From positions 768,001 through 832,000 of the forward strand of contig OZ271918.1 of assembly GCA_965602015.1 (NCBI GenBank): a DNA stretch of 64,000 nucleotides. The letters are read 5' to 3'. The translations under genes were made by a program, and so were the position numbers. Below are positions 52,435 through 61,618 of the stretch, piece by piece. The notes under the pieces are model-generated. The model was given only the letters and a program-made list of their open reading frames with translations, was not told where the DNA came from and searched no databases. This stretch comes from Salinispira sp. Its GTDB lineage: Bacteria; Spirochaetota; Spirochaetia; DSM-27196; Salinispiraceae. Within the stretch, counting starts at the first letter, position 1. Every line of letters begins with the position of its first letter.

Positions 52435-55050
52435 ATGAACAGCTTTATCCATTTCGGCGACTCCCTGGGGCCCGAAAAGGGCAGCGAACGGGAAGTCCTC
52501 GGAAGCCGCGGCCGCCGTGCCGTATCCCTGGGCGAGCTGGAAATGCCCATATGCCCGGGTTTTGTGGTGCTTAATGAACAGGTCCAACGCCTTGCCGAAG
52601 ATCCCTCGCCGCTCATAAAACCGCTTAGCGAGTCGGTGGTCGCCATCGAAAAGGTCATGGACAAGAAATTCGGCGGCGGCGACAGTCCGCTTCTCCTGAA
52701 AGCCGTGGAATCTCCCATGCTGAACGTACAGAGTTCGCTGCCTTCGGTTCACCACATCGGGCTCACCGAGAAAACCGTAGAGATAGTCGGAAAAATGACC
52801 GGTGAGAAATTCGCGTATGCGGAATACGCTCATCTGCTGCAGAATATTCTCAAGCTTGAGGTTGCAGCCGTCGGTGAGGACGGCGAAAAAACCGCCTTTG
52901 AAGGCTACATAAAAAAACTCAAAAGCGCGAAGACTAAGGCCGCGGTAGTCAAGGCCATAAGTGAGAATCGGGACCTGCTTCCCGAAGAAGTCTATACCGA
53001 ACCGCTGTTTCAGCTCCAACACGTCATTCAACGGTTTTATCACGCATTGAAGCAGAGCCCCACCAGCGAGGATTCCGCGGTGATGGTTCAGGCCATGGTC
53101 TACGGGAATCTCGGCGAGAGTTCGGCTGCAGGGTATTTTTATACCCACCATATCGTCAGCGGCGAGGACCGGCTGCAGGGGCAGTTTTTTCCTTCGGCTT
53201 TTGACGAGTCGGCGAAAAATGGAAAAGCCATCGATAAAATCGACGCTGGAATCCTGGATTCTCTTAAACTGATAAGCCGGAAACTTGAGGACCACTTCAA
53301 AGAACTCCGCTTCGTGCGATTCGCCGTTGAGGCCGAGACCCTTTGGCTGGTTGATCAGTCATCGGTGCCGAACAAGTCCGCTCAGGCGGAAATCCGCACT
53401 CTGCTCGATCTGCTCGAACGGGGAGTGGTAAATAACGACTATCTCATCGAGAAGGTCAAACCTGGTCGGCTGTCGGAAATCCTTCACCCGACCCTCGATC
53501 CCGACTCGGTTGCTGACTTTCATTGCTTTGACGGCGGCATCGCCGGAGCCGTCGGGGCCGCCATCGGCCGGGTGTACTTCAGCGCCGAAGCCTTGGTGAC
53601 TGCCTTCAGACAGGCTCAACAGGCAGGCGAAGACACCAACATGATACTCGCCATGCCCGCCACCTTCGCGGGAGATGTGAAGGCGATCGAAATTGCCCAG
53701 GGTGTTCTCTCTTCCGAGGGCGGATACGCCTCTCACGCTCCGGTAGTTGCCCGGAGCTTGGGAAAAGTCGCCCTGGTGCGCACCGACGCGGTAATCGGCG
53801 CTAAGTCTCTTGATTTAAACGGAAAGGTCATAAAAGAAGGGGACTACCTCACCATGGACGTGCCGTATTACGAGGAACCCCGTTTATTCGTGGGCAAAGG
53901 AAGCCTCACCAAACCCAGTCAGGAAGAAAGCGGACTCCTTGAGTTCCTTGAGGTCGTCCAGACCAGGATATCGGGAATCGATGTTCACGCGAATGCAGAC
54001 CAGCCGCGGGATGCCCAGCTTTCCCGGAAATTCAACGCCCGGGGCATAGGGCTGTGTCGAACGGAACACATGTTTTTCGACGAGAGCCGCATAAACCGCT
54101 TCAGATACATGATTCTCGCAGATGACACGGAATCCCGGGTGAAATTTCTGGATGATCTGGCCAAGGATCAGACCGGTGATTTCTACGAGTTGCTGAAAAT
54201 TATGGACGGTTTTCCGGTAACCATTCGGCTGCTCGACGCGCCGCTTCACGAATTCCTTCCGGCCGACGATGCCGGCATGAAGGCCTTTATTGCCCAGGCA
54301 AAAAAGGACAAAACCGGGCTGACTGCCAAACACATTACCGAACGAAGCCAGCTTCTGAGAGAATTTAATCCCATGCTGGGCCATCGGGGTATTAGGGTTG
54401 CGATTTCCTATCCGGAAATCTACCGCATGCAGACCCGGGCGATTTTCGAAGCGGCATACAAGCTGCTTGATGAAGGTTTGGATCCCAAGCCTGAAATCAT
54501 GATTCCCCTGGTGATGAACCCCAATGAGCTGAAGGTAGTGCGCAACGGGAAGAAAATCGAAGGCAAACATATATTGGGCATCAGGGACATAGAAGAGCAG
54601 GTGCGTCGATCACATCCCGAAAAGAGCCTGGAGTACTCGGTGGGAACCATGATCGAATTACCCGCCGCGGCGTTAAACGCTTCGTCCATTGCCCGGTACG
54701 CCGACTTCTTTTCCTTCGGAACCAACGATCTGACACAGACCACCTACGGCATCAGCAGGGACGACTTCAATACCTTCTTCTCGGACTACACCGAGTTGGA
54801 CCTGCTGCCCGCCAATCCCTTCAAAGTACTCCAGCCGCAGGTTAAGGAGCTTGTGCAAACCGCTGCCCTGCGCGGACGTATGGTGCGGCCCGATTTGAAG
54901 CTCGGACTGTGCGGTGAACACGGAGCCGAGCCGCAGAACATCGATTTTATCGCCGAGACCGGATTGAACTACGTGTCGGTATCGCCCTACGGCATTCCGA
55001 TTGCAAAACTGGCCATTGCACAAATGAATTTACAGGCAGCCAAAGGCTGA
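52435..55050 (+). CDS. Pyruvate,phosphate dikinase-like PEP-utilising protein with degenerate ATP-grasp domain
   Basis: GGYASHAPVVAR (phospho-His), GIGLCRTEHMF, IRLLD, NPMLGHRG, FSFGTNDLTQ and GLCGEHG are intact. N-terminal nucleotide motifs are altered. Confidence 0.85.
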   Translation: MNSFIHFGDSLGPEKGSEREVLGSRGRRAVSLGELEMPICPGFVVLNEQVQRLAEDPSPLIKPLSESVVAIEKVMDKKFGGGDSPLLLKAVESPMLNVQSSLPSVHHIGLTEKTVEIVGKMTGEKFAYAEYAHLLQNILKLEVAAVGEDGEKTAFEGYIKKLKSAKTKAAVVKAISENRDLLPEEVYTEPLFQLQHVIQRFYHALKQSPTSEDSAVMVQAMVYGNLGESSAAGYFYTHHIVSGEDRLQGQFFPSAFDESAKNGKAIDKIDAGILDSLKLISRKLEDHFKELRFVRFAVEAETLWLVDQSSVPNKSAQAEIRTLLDLLERGVVNNDYLIEKVKPGRLSEILHPTLDPDSVADFHCFDGGIAGAVGAAIGRVYFSAEALVTAFRQAQQAGEDTNMILAMPATFAGDVKAIEIAQGVLSSEGGYASHAPVVARSLGKVALVRTDAVIGAKSLDLNGKVIKEGDYLTMDVPYYEEPRLFVGKGSLTKPSQEESGLLEFLEVVQTRISGIDVHANADQPRDAQLSRKFNARGIGLCRTEHMFFDESRINRFRYMILADDTESRVKFLDDLAKDQTGDFYELLKIMDGFPVTIRLLDAPLHEFLPADDAGMKAFIAQAKKDKTGLTAKHITERSQLLREFNPMLGHRGIRVAISYPEIYRMQTRAIFEAAYKLLDEGLDPKPEIMIPLVMNPNELKVVRNGKKIEGKHILGIRDIEEQVRRSHPEKSLEYSVGTMIELPAAALNASSIARYADFFSFGTNDLTQTTYGISRDDFNTFFSDYTELDLLPANPFKVLQPQVKELVQTAALRGRMVRPDLKLGLCGEHGAEPQNIDFIAETGLNYVSVSPYGIPIAKLAIAQMNLQAAKG

Positions 55051-55099
55051 GGCCGGCGGGCTGCTTCGGCACACAAACGTTAAAAACCGCGGGGTGCAA

Positions 55100-55921
55100 T
55101 CACTCCGCGGTTTTTTCTATTTCATCACATAAACCGGACAGGGCTTTCAGCAGATATAGTTTGATGAGGGTCTCCGGAACGTAGCAGCTCTTGGGAAAAT
55201 TCGACAGGAGGAACATGAGGTTTTTCTCTGCGGCCGAGCGTGCTCCCGGGCATATCAGGCCTTGCTGTCTTTCCATTTTTAACAGGCCTCGATAAATCGC
55301 CCGGTCGAGGGAGGTGCTGCCGAGGCGATATAGCTTTTGGGCTTTCGCTTCGTCACCGATGTATACCTGATGCTCTTTTGGTTTGATCAGGAGGTTTTCA
55401 TAGAAGGCCTGGGCAAAGTCCCGTATACCCCGGATTTGCCGGTGCTGGATGGCCGACCCGGGCATTTCTCCGCAAAGAGCCAGGCTTTCGATGACGTGAG
55501 ACAGCTTGCGCATGAGAGCCCGGTAGCGCTGCCGCATGCTGCCCTCTTGCCGAAGATAAATCTTATCCATGCCTTCAACGTAGTAGCTGTGAATAAGATC
55601 GAGAATCATATCGTAAATATTGGCAATTCTCGCCTGGGTACCCAGGGAGTACCCCGAGTCCTGGGTGCTTTCGGGCTGGCTTTCCTCGTTTTCCCGGGAT
55701 TCGGCGCTTGCTTCGAGGCTCTCCTGGTATGCCAGTATGGCCTGGTACGCTTCAGTCAGCCGAATGGTCATCTGGTGTGACCAGTCGCTTCGGTGGCTGT
55801 TCAGATCCGGGTGATACTTTATCAGCAGCCGTTTGTACGAGGCGTTGATTTCCGCGGGAGAAGCGCTTTGCTCAATTTGGAGTATTTCGTAGGCTGCACT
55901 GACTTTCATCACTTTTTTCAT
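55100..55921 (-). CDS. DnaJ (J-domain) protein
   Basis: AYEILQI...YKRLLIKYHPD...LTEAYQAI. Confidence 0.8.
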   Translation of the reverse strand: MKKVMKVSAAYEILQIEQSASPAEINASYKRLLIKYHPDLNSHRSDWSHQMTIRLTEAYQAILAYQESLEASAESRENEESQPESTQDSGYSLGTQARIANIYDMILDLIHSYYVEGMDKIYLRQEGSMRQRYRALMRKLSHVIESLALCGEMPGSAIQHRQIRGIRDFAQAFYENLLIKPKEHQVYIGDEAKAQKLYRLGSTSLDRAIYRGLLKMERQQGLICPGARSAAEKNLMFLLSNFPKSCYVPETLIKLYLLKALSGLCDEIEKTAE

Positions 55922-55988
55922 CTTAATTCAGCACAGACAATCTTACAATGATTAGAATAGGGGTATTGATACTCGACGGAGGTAATGC

Positions 55989-56540
55989 ATGGGATTGCTT
56001 GAAACATTTAAGGCGTATCAGGAACATCGACTGCCCGACCAGTACGGGTACATCCTCTCGGTTTTTTACCATAATCATTCGACGTATACCCGGTATGAGC
56101 TCATTTCCTTCGGAAACGTCAAGGACATCTATACTTCCGATGAGGGGCTGGTTTTTTCCGCCGAGGGCAGGAAGCTTTATCTTCTCGTTCAGCCGGCGGG
56201 CTATCCTACAAGCCACATTGAACCGGCATACAGGCCCGATGCCGAGCGAATACCCTATCGCTTCAAGGAGCTCATAGATTACACCACGAACCGCCAGGAT
56301 CATGTATTTATCGGGGCCGAGCCCATTGTCACCTACACGAACTTCACTGTGCTCAAGCCAATCGGTCAGGATGTAAGCTATGTTTTTTTCCCCACGGAAA
56401 CTGTCAAGGAAGACATCCTCGAGTTTTTCCGAATTTCAATATGGAAACAGGCAAGGGTTCCCCAGTCCGACGCACGGAAACTGCTTGACCCCATAGGCAA
56501 GGTCTTCGACAAGTTGCGGCTATCCGACGGATCGTTTTAG
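55989..56540 (+). CDS. Hypothetical protein
   Basis: ATG after GGAGG, divergent from the J-domain gene, ordinary globular composition. Confidence 0.65.
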   Translation: MGLLETFKAYQEHRLPDQYGYILSVFYHNHSTYTRYELISFGNVKDIYTSDEGLVFSAEGRKLYLLVQPAGYPTSHIEPAYRPDAERIPYRFKELIDYTTNRQDHVFIGAEPIVTYTNFTVLKPIGQDVSYVFFPTETVKEDILEFFRISIWKQARVPQSDARKLLDPIGKVFDKLRLSDGSF

Positions 56541-56558
56541 GGTCGACCGGAGATCTGC

Positions 56559-57116
56559 TTACTCTTCAAAGTTTTTTGCGGTCTCCCGGTGTTCCCGAGC
56601 CATTGTGACGTAGTCCGATGCGTTTTTTCTGATTTTCTCCAGCATCGCATCATCCACGTTTTTTACCGCCTTGGCCGGGCTGCCGATAATCAGTGATCGG
56701 GGAGGAAACCGTTTTCCTTCGGTAACCAGGGAGCCGGCGCCAACCACCGAACCCTCGCCGATGTCTGCACCATTGAGAATTATGGCTCCCATGCCGATCA
56801 GGCAGTCATCCCCGACGGTGCAGCCGTGAAGTATGACACTATGGCCTATGGTGACCCCGCTGCCGACGATGCACGGCTGCTCGTGGTCTACATGGAGCAC
56901 CGAATTGTCCTGAACGTTCGTCCTGCCGCCCACCCGGATCGGCGCCATGTCTCCCCTGAGGGTCGCCGAGTACCACACCCCGGTGTCCTGCCCGAGAACC
57001 ACATCGCCGACCACCTCGGCATTCCAGGCGATAAATTGCGCCGCCTCGGTCTGCGGTCGGATGTTCTTATAGCTGTGTTTCATAGACCGCATAGTATCAA
57101 CGGCTGCTTCGGACAT
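56559..57116 (-). CDS. Gamma carbonic anhydrase family (hexapeptide repeat) protein
   Basis: LRGD, NVQDNSVLH, IGHSVILHGC. Confidence 0.9.
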   Translation of the reverse strand: MSEAAVDTMRSMKHSYKNIRPQTEAAQFIAWNAEVVGDVVLGQDTGVWYSATLRGDMAPIRVGGRTNVQDNSVLHVDHEQPCIVGSGVTIGHSVILHGCTVGDDCLIGMGAIILNGADIGEGSVVGAGSLVTEGKRFPPRSLIIGSPAKAVKNVDDAMLEKIRKNASDYVTMAREHRETAKNFEE

Positions 57117-57265
57117 TCAAGGGTTTTCGCTTCCTCCGCTACTCTTCCCGACAGGCGGTTCGGGCTGCTTGTCGATATGAGACTTCGACTGGGCCAGTTC
57201 CCATAGATGTTGTATGTGCTCAATATTCATGTCTGTCACGGTATCACGGAATGGGGACAGGCTGG

Positions 57266-58405
57266 CTACATGCCGCTGCGGGATTCCTCATGGCTCAGCT
57301 TGCCTAAGCGGACAATGCAGGCAGGTGATCCTGTCGGCAGTTCGGGCCCCGAAGCGCCTTCACAGCTGCCGGAGCCGGGGGAAAAACCTAAGGAACTGAT
57401 GCAATCACTGTCCTGATTGGCGATGAGCAATAGGCTTCCCTCGCCGTTGAATTCCATGTCCCTGGGGGTTTTTCCCCCGCAGGAAAACTCTCCGCCAGGG
57501 CTTAGCGCCGGGTTTCCTGACCCGATATAAAACACTGAGATGTGATCGGTAAATCTGTTGGCCACTGCCAGGCTTCTGCCGGAAGGGTGAACTTTGACTG
57601 CCGACGGTGCAGGGCTTATAGACATAGTCGCGGCCGCCGGGGAAGCTGAGTTCTCTGACCCGGCTGTACTTGGAATATCCTGAATGACTTTCAAGGCACC
57701 GGTTTTCACATGTATTTCAGCGGCTACTATTCGGGGAGCGAGCTCGCAGAGAATGTATGCCCGTGGGGTATGCCGGTTAAAAGCCAGGTGCCGAGGACCG
57801 TACCCCGGCGGGAGCTCCAATGCGGCTGTGGGCGGACCCGCAGGACGGCCGAGTGAATCTACACGAAAGGACCAAATCCTGTCAGTTCCCAGGTCGCAGA
57901 GATATAGGCAATCAGACCAGGGTGAGTGCAGGGCCTGGTGGATATGCGGGCCCTCCTGTCTTTCCGGGTCGGCCCCGGAGCCCTCAAAGGAGATCATCAT
58001 TTCCTCTGTTATATTCCCGTTATTGCCCACCCCGAAGGATGCAAATTTTCCAGCGCCGTATGATGATGCGTACAGAGCGTTCGAATTGGGTGCCAGACTG
58101 ATATGACAGAAATCGAAACCCGGGCCCTTCTTGCTTCCCATGTGGTCCATCTGGCCGTTGTTGCTGATGCGGTGCCAGTTTACCTGCCCCGGGTCGTCAC
58201 CGGCTTCGCTCGAAGAGTATAGAAGCCCCCGTGTCCCATCCCAGGCGGCGAAACTCGGGTTCTGGAGCGTGCTATCGGCATCACATGCGCTGAGAACCGA
58301 ACCCGCAGATGCGGCATCCAGGGCGATTAGCTGCAAACCCCTGCCTGCGGCCCGGGGAACATGGGGGAGGGAAGTCGTGTAACTGCCTACGGCGAAATAT
58401 TCCAT
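57266..58405 (-). CDS. 6-phosphogluconolactonase-family beta-propeller lactonase
   Basis: VGSYT, NPSF, RQEGPHIH, DLGTD, GPRH, TPRD, ANQDSD. Confidence 0.88.
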   Translation of the reverse strand: MEYFAVGSYTTSLPHVPRAAGRGLQLIALDAASAGSVLSACDADSTLQNPSFAAWDGTRGLLYSSSEAGDDPGQVNWHRISNNGQMDHMGSKKGPGFDFCHISLAPNSNALYASSYGAGKFASFGVGNNGNITEEMMISFEGSGADPERQEGPHIHQALHSPWSDCLYLCDLGTDRIWSFRVDSLGRPAGPPTAALELPPGYGPRHLAFNRHTPRAYILCELAPRIVAAEIHVKTGALKVIQDIPSTAGSENSASPAAATMSISPAPSAVKVHPSGRSLAVANRFTDHISVFYIGSGNPALSPGGEFSCGGKTPRDMEFNGEGSLLLIANQDSDCISSLGFSPGSGSCEGASGPELPTGSPACIVRLGKLSHEESRSGM

Positions 58406-58568
58406 ATCCGCGATTCTATCACAGTCTTCGGCTCACAATGAAAAGAGAGGGCCGACATGTGTCCTGATTTGCCGGAGCTCTGGAGGATTATGTTGACGCC
58501 GCTTCCTCCAAAGAGGATAATTTAGGCTCTGCCCCGAAAACAGCTGATTTTCCGGGGGCATTTCAGGA

Positions 58569-59039
58569 GTGAACATGAATATCTGGTATATCCTGCTTGC
58601 GGTTCTGATAATTCTCCCGGTGCCGATGATTGTGCGGAACAACATGGTGCCGCGGAATCTCGGCCCGGATGACAGCGGCAGGCTCGGTGAGCTGCCTTCC
58701 AGTCCGAATGCAGTTTCAAGTCAAACCGATGATTTGTCCCGGAGGGTTGAACCCCTGCCGTTTATCGGAAGTCTCAGCGAAAGCCGTCAGCGGCTTGTGA
58801 GGGCCGCCGAAGCGTACGGACGGGTGCGGCTCATCAGGGACGAGCCCAACTACCTCCACATGGTGTTTACCACCGCATTGATGAGATACAAGGATGATGT
58901 GGAGTTTTTATTCGTTGAAGAAGACCGAACCATCCACGTGCGAAGCGCTTCGCGCATCGGGTATTCCGATATGGGGCTTAACAGAAGCCGCTATGACCAG
59001 TTGCGCCTTTTCTACTTGGAGAATCCCGAGCTTCCCTGA
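58569..59039 (+). CDS. DUF1499 family protein
   Basis: PSSPNAVSSQ, DDVEF, VRSASRIGYSDMGLNR. Confidence 0.85.
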   Translation: MNMNIWYILLAVLIILPVPMIVRNNMVPRNLGPDDSGRLGELPSSPNAVSSQTDDLSRRVEPLPFIGSLSESRQRLVRAAEAYGRVRLIRDEPNYLHMVFTTALMRYKDDVEFLFVEEDRTIHVRSASRIGYSDMGLNRSRYDQLRLFYLENPELP

Positions 59040-59131
59040 GTTGTGAAGGCCTCTACAGGGTAATCCTACGCCCGGTCAAAGCGGCCGGCGTTTAAACCGC
59101 CATGTTACCTGCTGGTCACCTATTCACCTGC

Positions 59132-59521
59132 CTAAAGGTGATCTTCCATTTGCTTGTCCATCTGTTCGATGTGGTTGACCACTGATTCTTTAAATATGAG
59201 CAGTTGCTTTTTTACCTCATCGGTGGGATAGGTTTCGATGTGGTTTATCACTTCGTGAATCGATTCCCTGAGAATTTTATGCTCTTCGCGGTGTGCGCTG
59301 AGGTAATCCGGGGGCATTCCCGAATCGGTCATAAATTGTTCTTCTTCCAGAAAATGAACCGCCGCGTGTTTATAAATATCGATCATGAGGCTTAATAGTT
59401 GGGCACGGCTGGTCACAGACTCAACCTGTCCGAGGCGGTTTATTATTTCATCGTGGGCGTCATCTATTCTGCTATTATTGACCCGGGGAATAGCCGGTTT
59501 GCTTGCATCCATATTAGTCAT
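59132..59521 (-). CDS. Bacterial hemerythrin
   Basis: IDDAH, HFLEEEQFM, HREEH, HIEQMD di-iron ligand pattern. Start at 59521 or 59512. Confidence 0.85.
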   Translation of the reverse strand: MTNMDASKPAIPRVNNSRIDDAHDEIINRLGQVESVTSRAQLLSLMIDIYKHAAVHFLEEEQFMTDSGMPPDYLSAHREEHKILRESIHEVINHIETYPTDEVKKQLLIFKESVVNHIEQMDKQMEDHL

Positions 59522-59622
59522 AGTATATCTCATAATCCTCGGTTTCTGTGCCAGATAATTACTACAGTAATATTCATGATCGTCTCGATATATACGGATT
59601 GGTGAGGCTGCCTTAGAAAAGG

Positions 59623-61527
59623 TTATATCCGTTTGCGGTCCAATAGGAGCAGTCGATCGCGTAGAGTCGGCATATCCTCGGATTCCATCCATATCTTTTC
59701 GAAATCCTCATGCCGGATGATGTGCACCAGGCCGGAAAGTATCTTCAAATGATCGTCGCTCCGCTCCTGATTGCCGATGATGCCGATCATGGCCCTGATG
59801 TTCTTGTGATTTTCATCAAAGAACATTCCCTTTCTGCACCTCAGAAGGAAGACGTGAATGTCCTTGTCGCCGGGAATAAGCACATGGGGAATGGAAACGA
59901 ATTCCGAAAGGGCGGTGGACATGGAAGCTTCCCGCTCTTCAAGCATGGATGTCAGGGTTTCAGAGGGGATGCCGGTGTAGGGAGCGAGGGCGCTTCCCGC
60001 CGCCTGGAAGGCTCCATGAAGGGTTTCGGGGTGATCGATATCAAGCATCATTGCCTTTTCCAGAAGACTGTCCGCCAGGTCGTTGGCCAGATCATTCCTG
60101 GTACGCAGAATATCTCTCAGCTCGCTTTCCAGCCGGTCATCCTGGAGCTGCCGGTCAACTATCCGCTTTAAGAGGTGCAATGCGGCGAACTCGTACTGGG
60201 AGCGCTGCTTGCCGTAACTTAAATACATCAGCAGCCCGACTCCCGCAAAGAGGAGAAGAGCCTCGAGCGAACTTATTCCCAGTTCGACAAGAAAGTAGCT
60301 CATAAGTACCAGGGAGAGAACCGGAGTTAACGGATAACCCGGTATCCTAAACTGCGGGCGGTAGTTTCTGATGGGGCTTTCCCGGAGGATGATAAGGGCT
60401 ACATTGATTGCCATGTAGGAGAGAAGTATTACCGTTGAGGCCAGCTTCACAAGGCTCTCAAGAGGAATGAGAACCGCGATGGCTATACCTGCTCCGGTGA
60501 GAAGGAGCGCTCCGACTGGAATGTCCCGGCCGCTGGTTTTCGCGATACCCGGAGGAAGCAGGTGATCTCGGGCCATGGCCAGGGGATACCTGCTGGCGGC
60601 CAAAATACCCGCATTTCCCGTGGTGACGAAGGCCATTGCTGAGGCAACAGCAATGATAATAGCTCCGGCATTGCCGAGGAGGATGCCCGCGCTGTCGGCA
60701 ATCGGCGTGAGCGATCCGGCGAATATGCCGGGGGGTAATACGGCGGTGGTGGTGAGCACCATGGCGACGTACAGCACGGTGATAATAATGACCGACAGCA
60801 GCATGGCCCGGGGAATTACCTTTCCGGGGCTGCGCACTTCCTCGGCGAGGGTGGTAACGTTGAGAAGGCCGCCGAAGCTGACAAAAACAAAAGCCGCATT
60901 GGAGAACAGGCTGCGCATCCAGGCCATGGATCCGGCAAAGCCGCCTTCCTGAACGGAGGCTGATTGCTCAGCGCCGCCCCCGGCGAGGGCGGGCAGCCAG
61001 ATTCCCCTGTCAAAATGCTCCAGGTTCCAATTGGCCGACCCGACAACGATGAATCCTGCCATTATGACGAGCAGCGCAAAGACCAGAATAATTTCCAGGG
61101 TTACGGCTTCGCCGGTACCCAGGAGATTGATGAGCAGAAACAGACCCGTGAGGACCAGGGCGGTGAGGCGCGGGGGCAGGCCAAAAAATACCAGGCCGAG
61201 TTCCGCCAGGCCGAACACTGCGAATGCGGTTTTTAGCATCAGGGCGAGCCAACTGAGCAGGCCCATTATGGTACCCACCGCCGGCCCCATGCTTCTGGTG
61301 ATGTAAAAATAGTCTCCGCCGGCCTTGGGCATGGCGGTAGCCAGCTCGATAAGCGCCAGACTTGAAAGCAGGGCCACGATGCCTGCAAGCAGATAGCTGA
61401 GGCTGACCGCCGGACCGATTCGGGAAAATGCGAGGCCCGGAAGAATAAAAATCCCGCTGGAGATCATGGTGCCGCTGGCGATGGCGAACAGGGCTGTGGT
61501 GCCGATTCCCGGATTGCTCCGTTTCAT
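59623..61527 (-). CDS. APC-family amino acid permease fused to a PTS EIIA (Fru/Ntr-type) domain
   Basis: GTMISSGIF, ELATAMPKAGG, AEEVRSP, ASRYPLAMARD. C-terminal EREASMST...SIPH...HLKILSGL. Confidence 0.88.
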   Translation of the reverse strand: MKRSNPGIGTTALFAIASGTMISSGIFILPGLAFSRIGPAVSLSYLLAGIVALLSSLALIELATAMPKAGGDYFYITRSMGPAVGTIMGLLSWLALMLKTAFAVFGLAELGLVFFGLPPRLTALVLTGLFLLINLLGTGEAVTLEIILVFALLVIMAGFIVVGSANWNLEHFDRGIWLPALAGGGAEQSASVQEGGFAGSMAWMRSLFSNAAFVFVSFGGLLNVTTLAEEVRSPGKVIPRAMLLSVIIITVLYVAMVLTTTAVLPPGIFAGSLTPIADSAGILLGNAGAIIIAVASAMAFVTTGNAGILAASRYPLAMARDHLLPPGIAKTSGRDIPVGALLLTGAGIAIAVLIPLESLVKLASTVILLSYMAINVALIILRESPIRNYRPQFRIPGYPLTPVLSLVLMSYFLVELGISSLEALLLFAGVGLLMYLSYGKQRSQYEFAALHLLKRIVDRQLQDDRLESELRDILRTRNDLANDLADSLLEKAMMLDIDHPETLHGAFQAAGSALAPYTGIPSETLTSMLEEREASMSTALSEFVSIPHVLIPGDKDIHVFLLRCRKGMFFDENHKNIRAMIGIIGNQERSDDHLKILSGLVHIIRHEDFEKIWMESEDMPTLRDRLLLLDRKRI

Positions 61528-61618
61528 AAGCCGCTCCTTTTTTTATGTACGCCGTGGCGTTGATCGGATGAATATTAGTATAATACCAATAAATATTCTG
61601 CCGTCGATGAGGACATGT

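Noticed and set aside
49553..53295. Long antisense ORFs (380 aa and 437 aa) opposite cfpA, the HPr-like gene and the PPDK-like gene; likewise 4927-5988, 45504-46463 and 61928-63235
   Set aside because: They fully overlap well-supported genes on the opposite strand and have no recognisable motifs. Such shadow ORFs are expected in GC-rich coding DNA.
59559..59576. TTACTA CAGTAA TATTCA upstream of the hemerythrin gene as another regulon operator
   Set aside because: The right half has two mismatches, the spacer departs from the CT-start pattern, and the gene is functionally unrelated. Left out pending a PWM scan.
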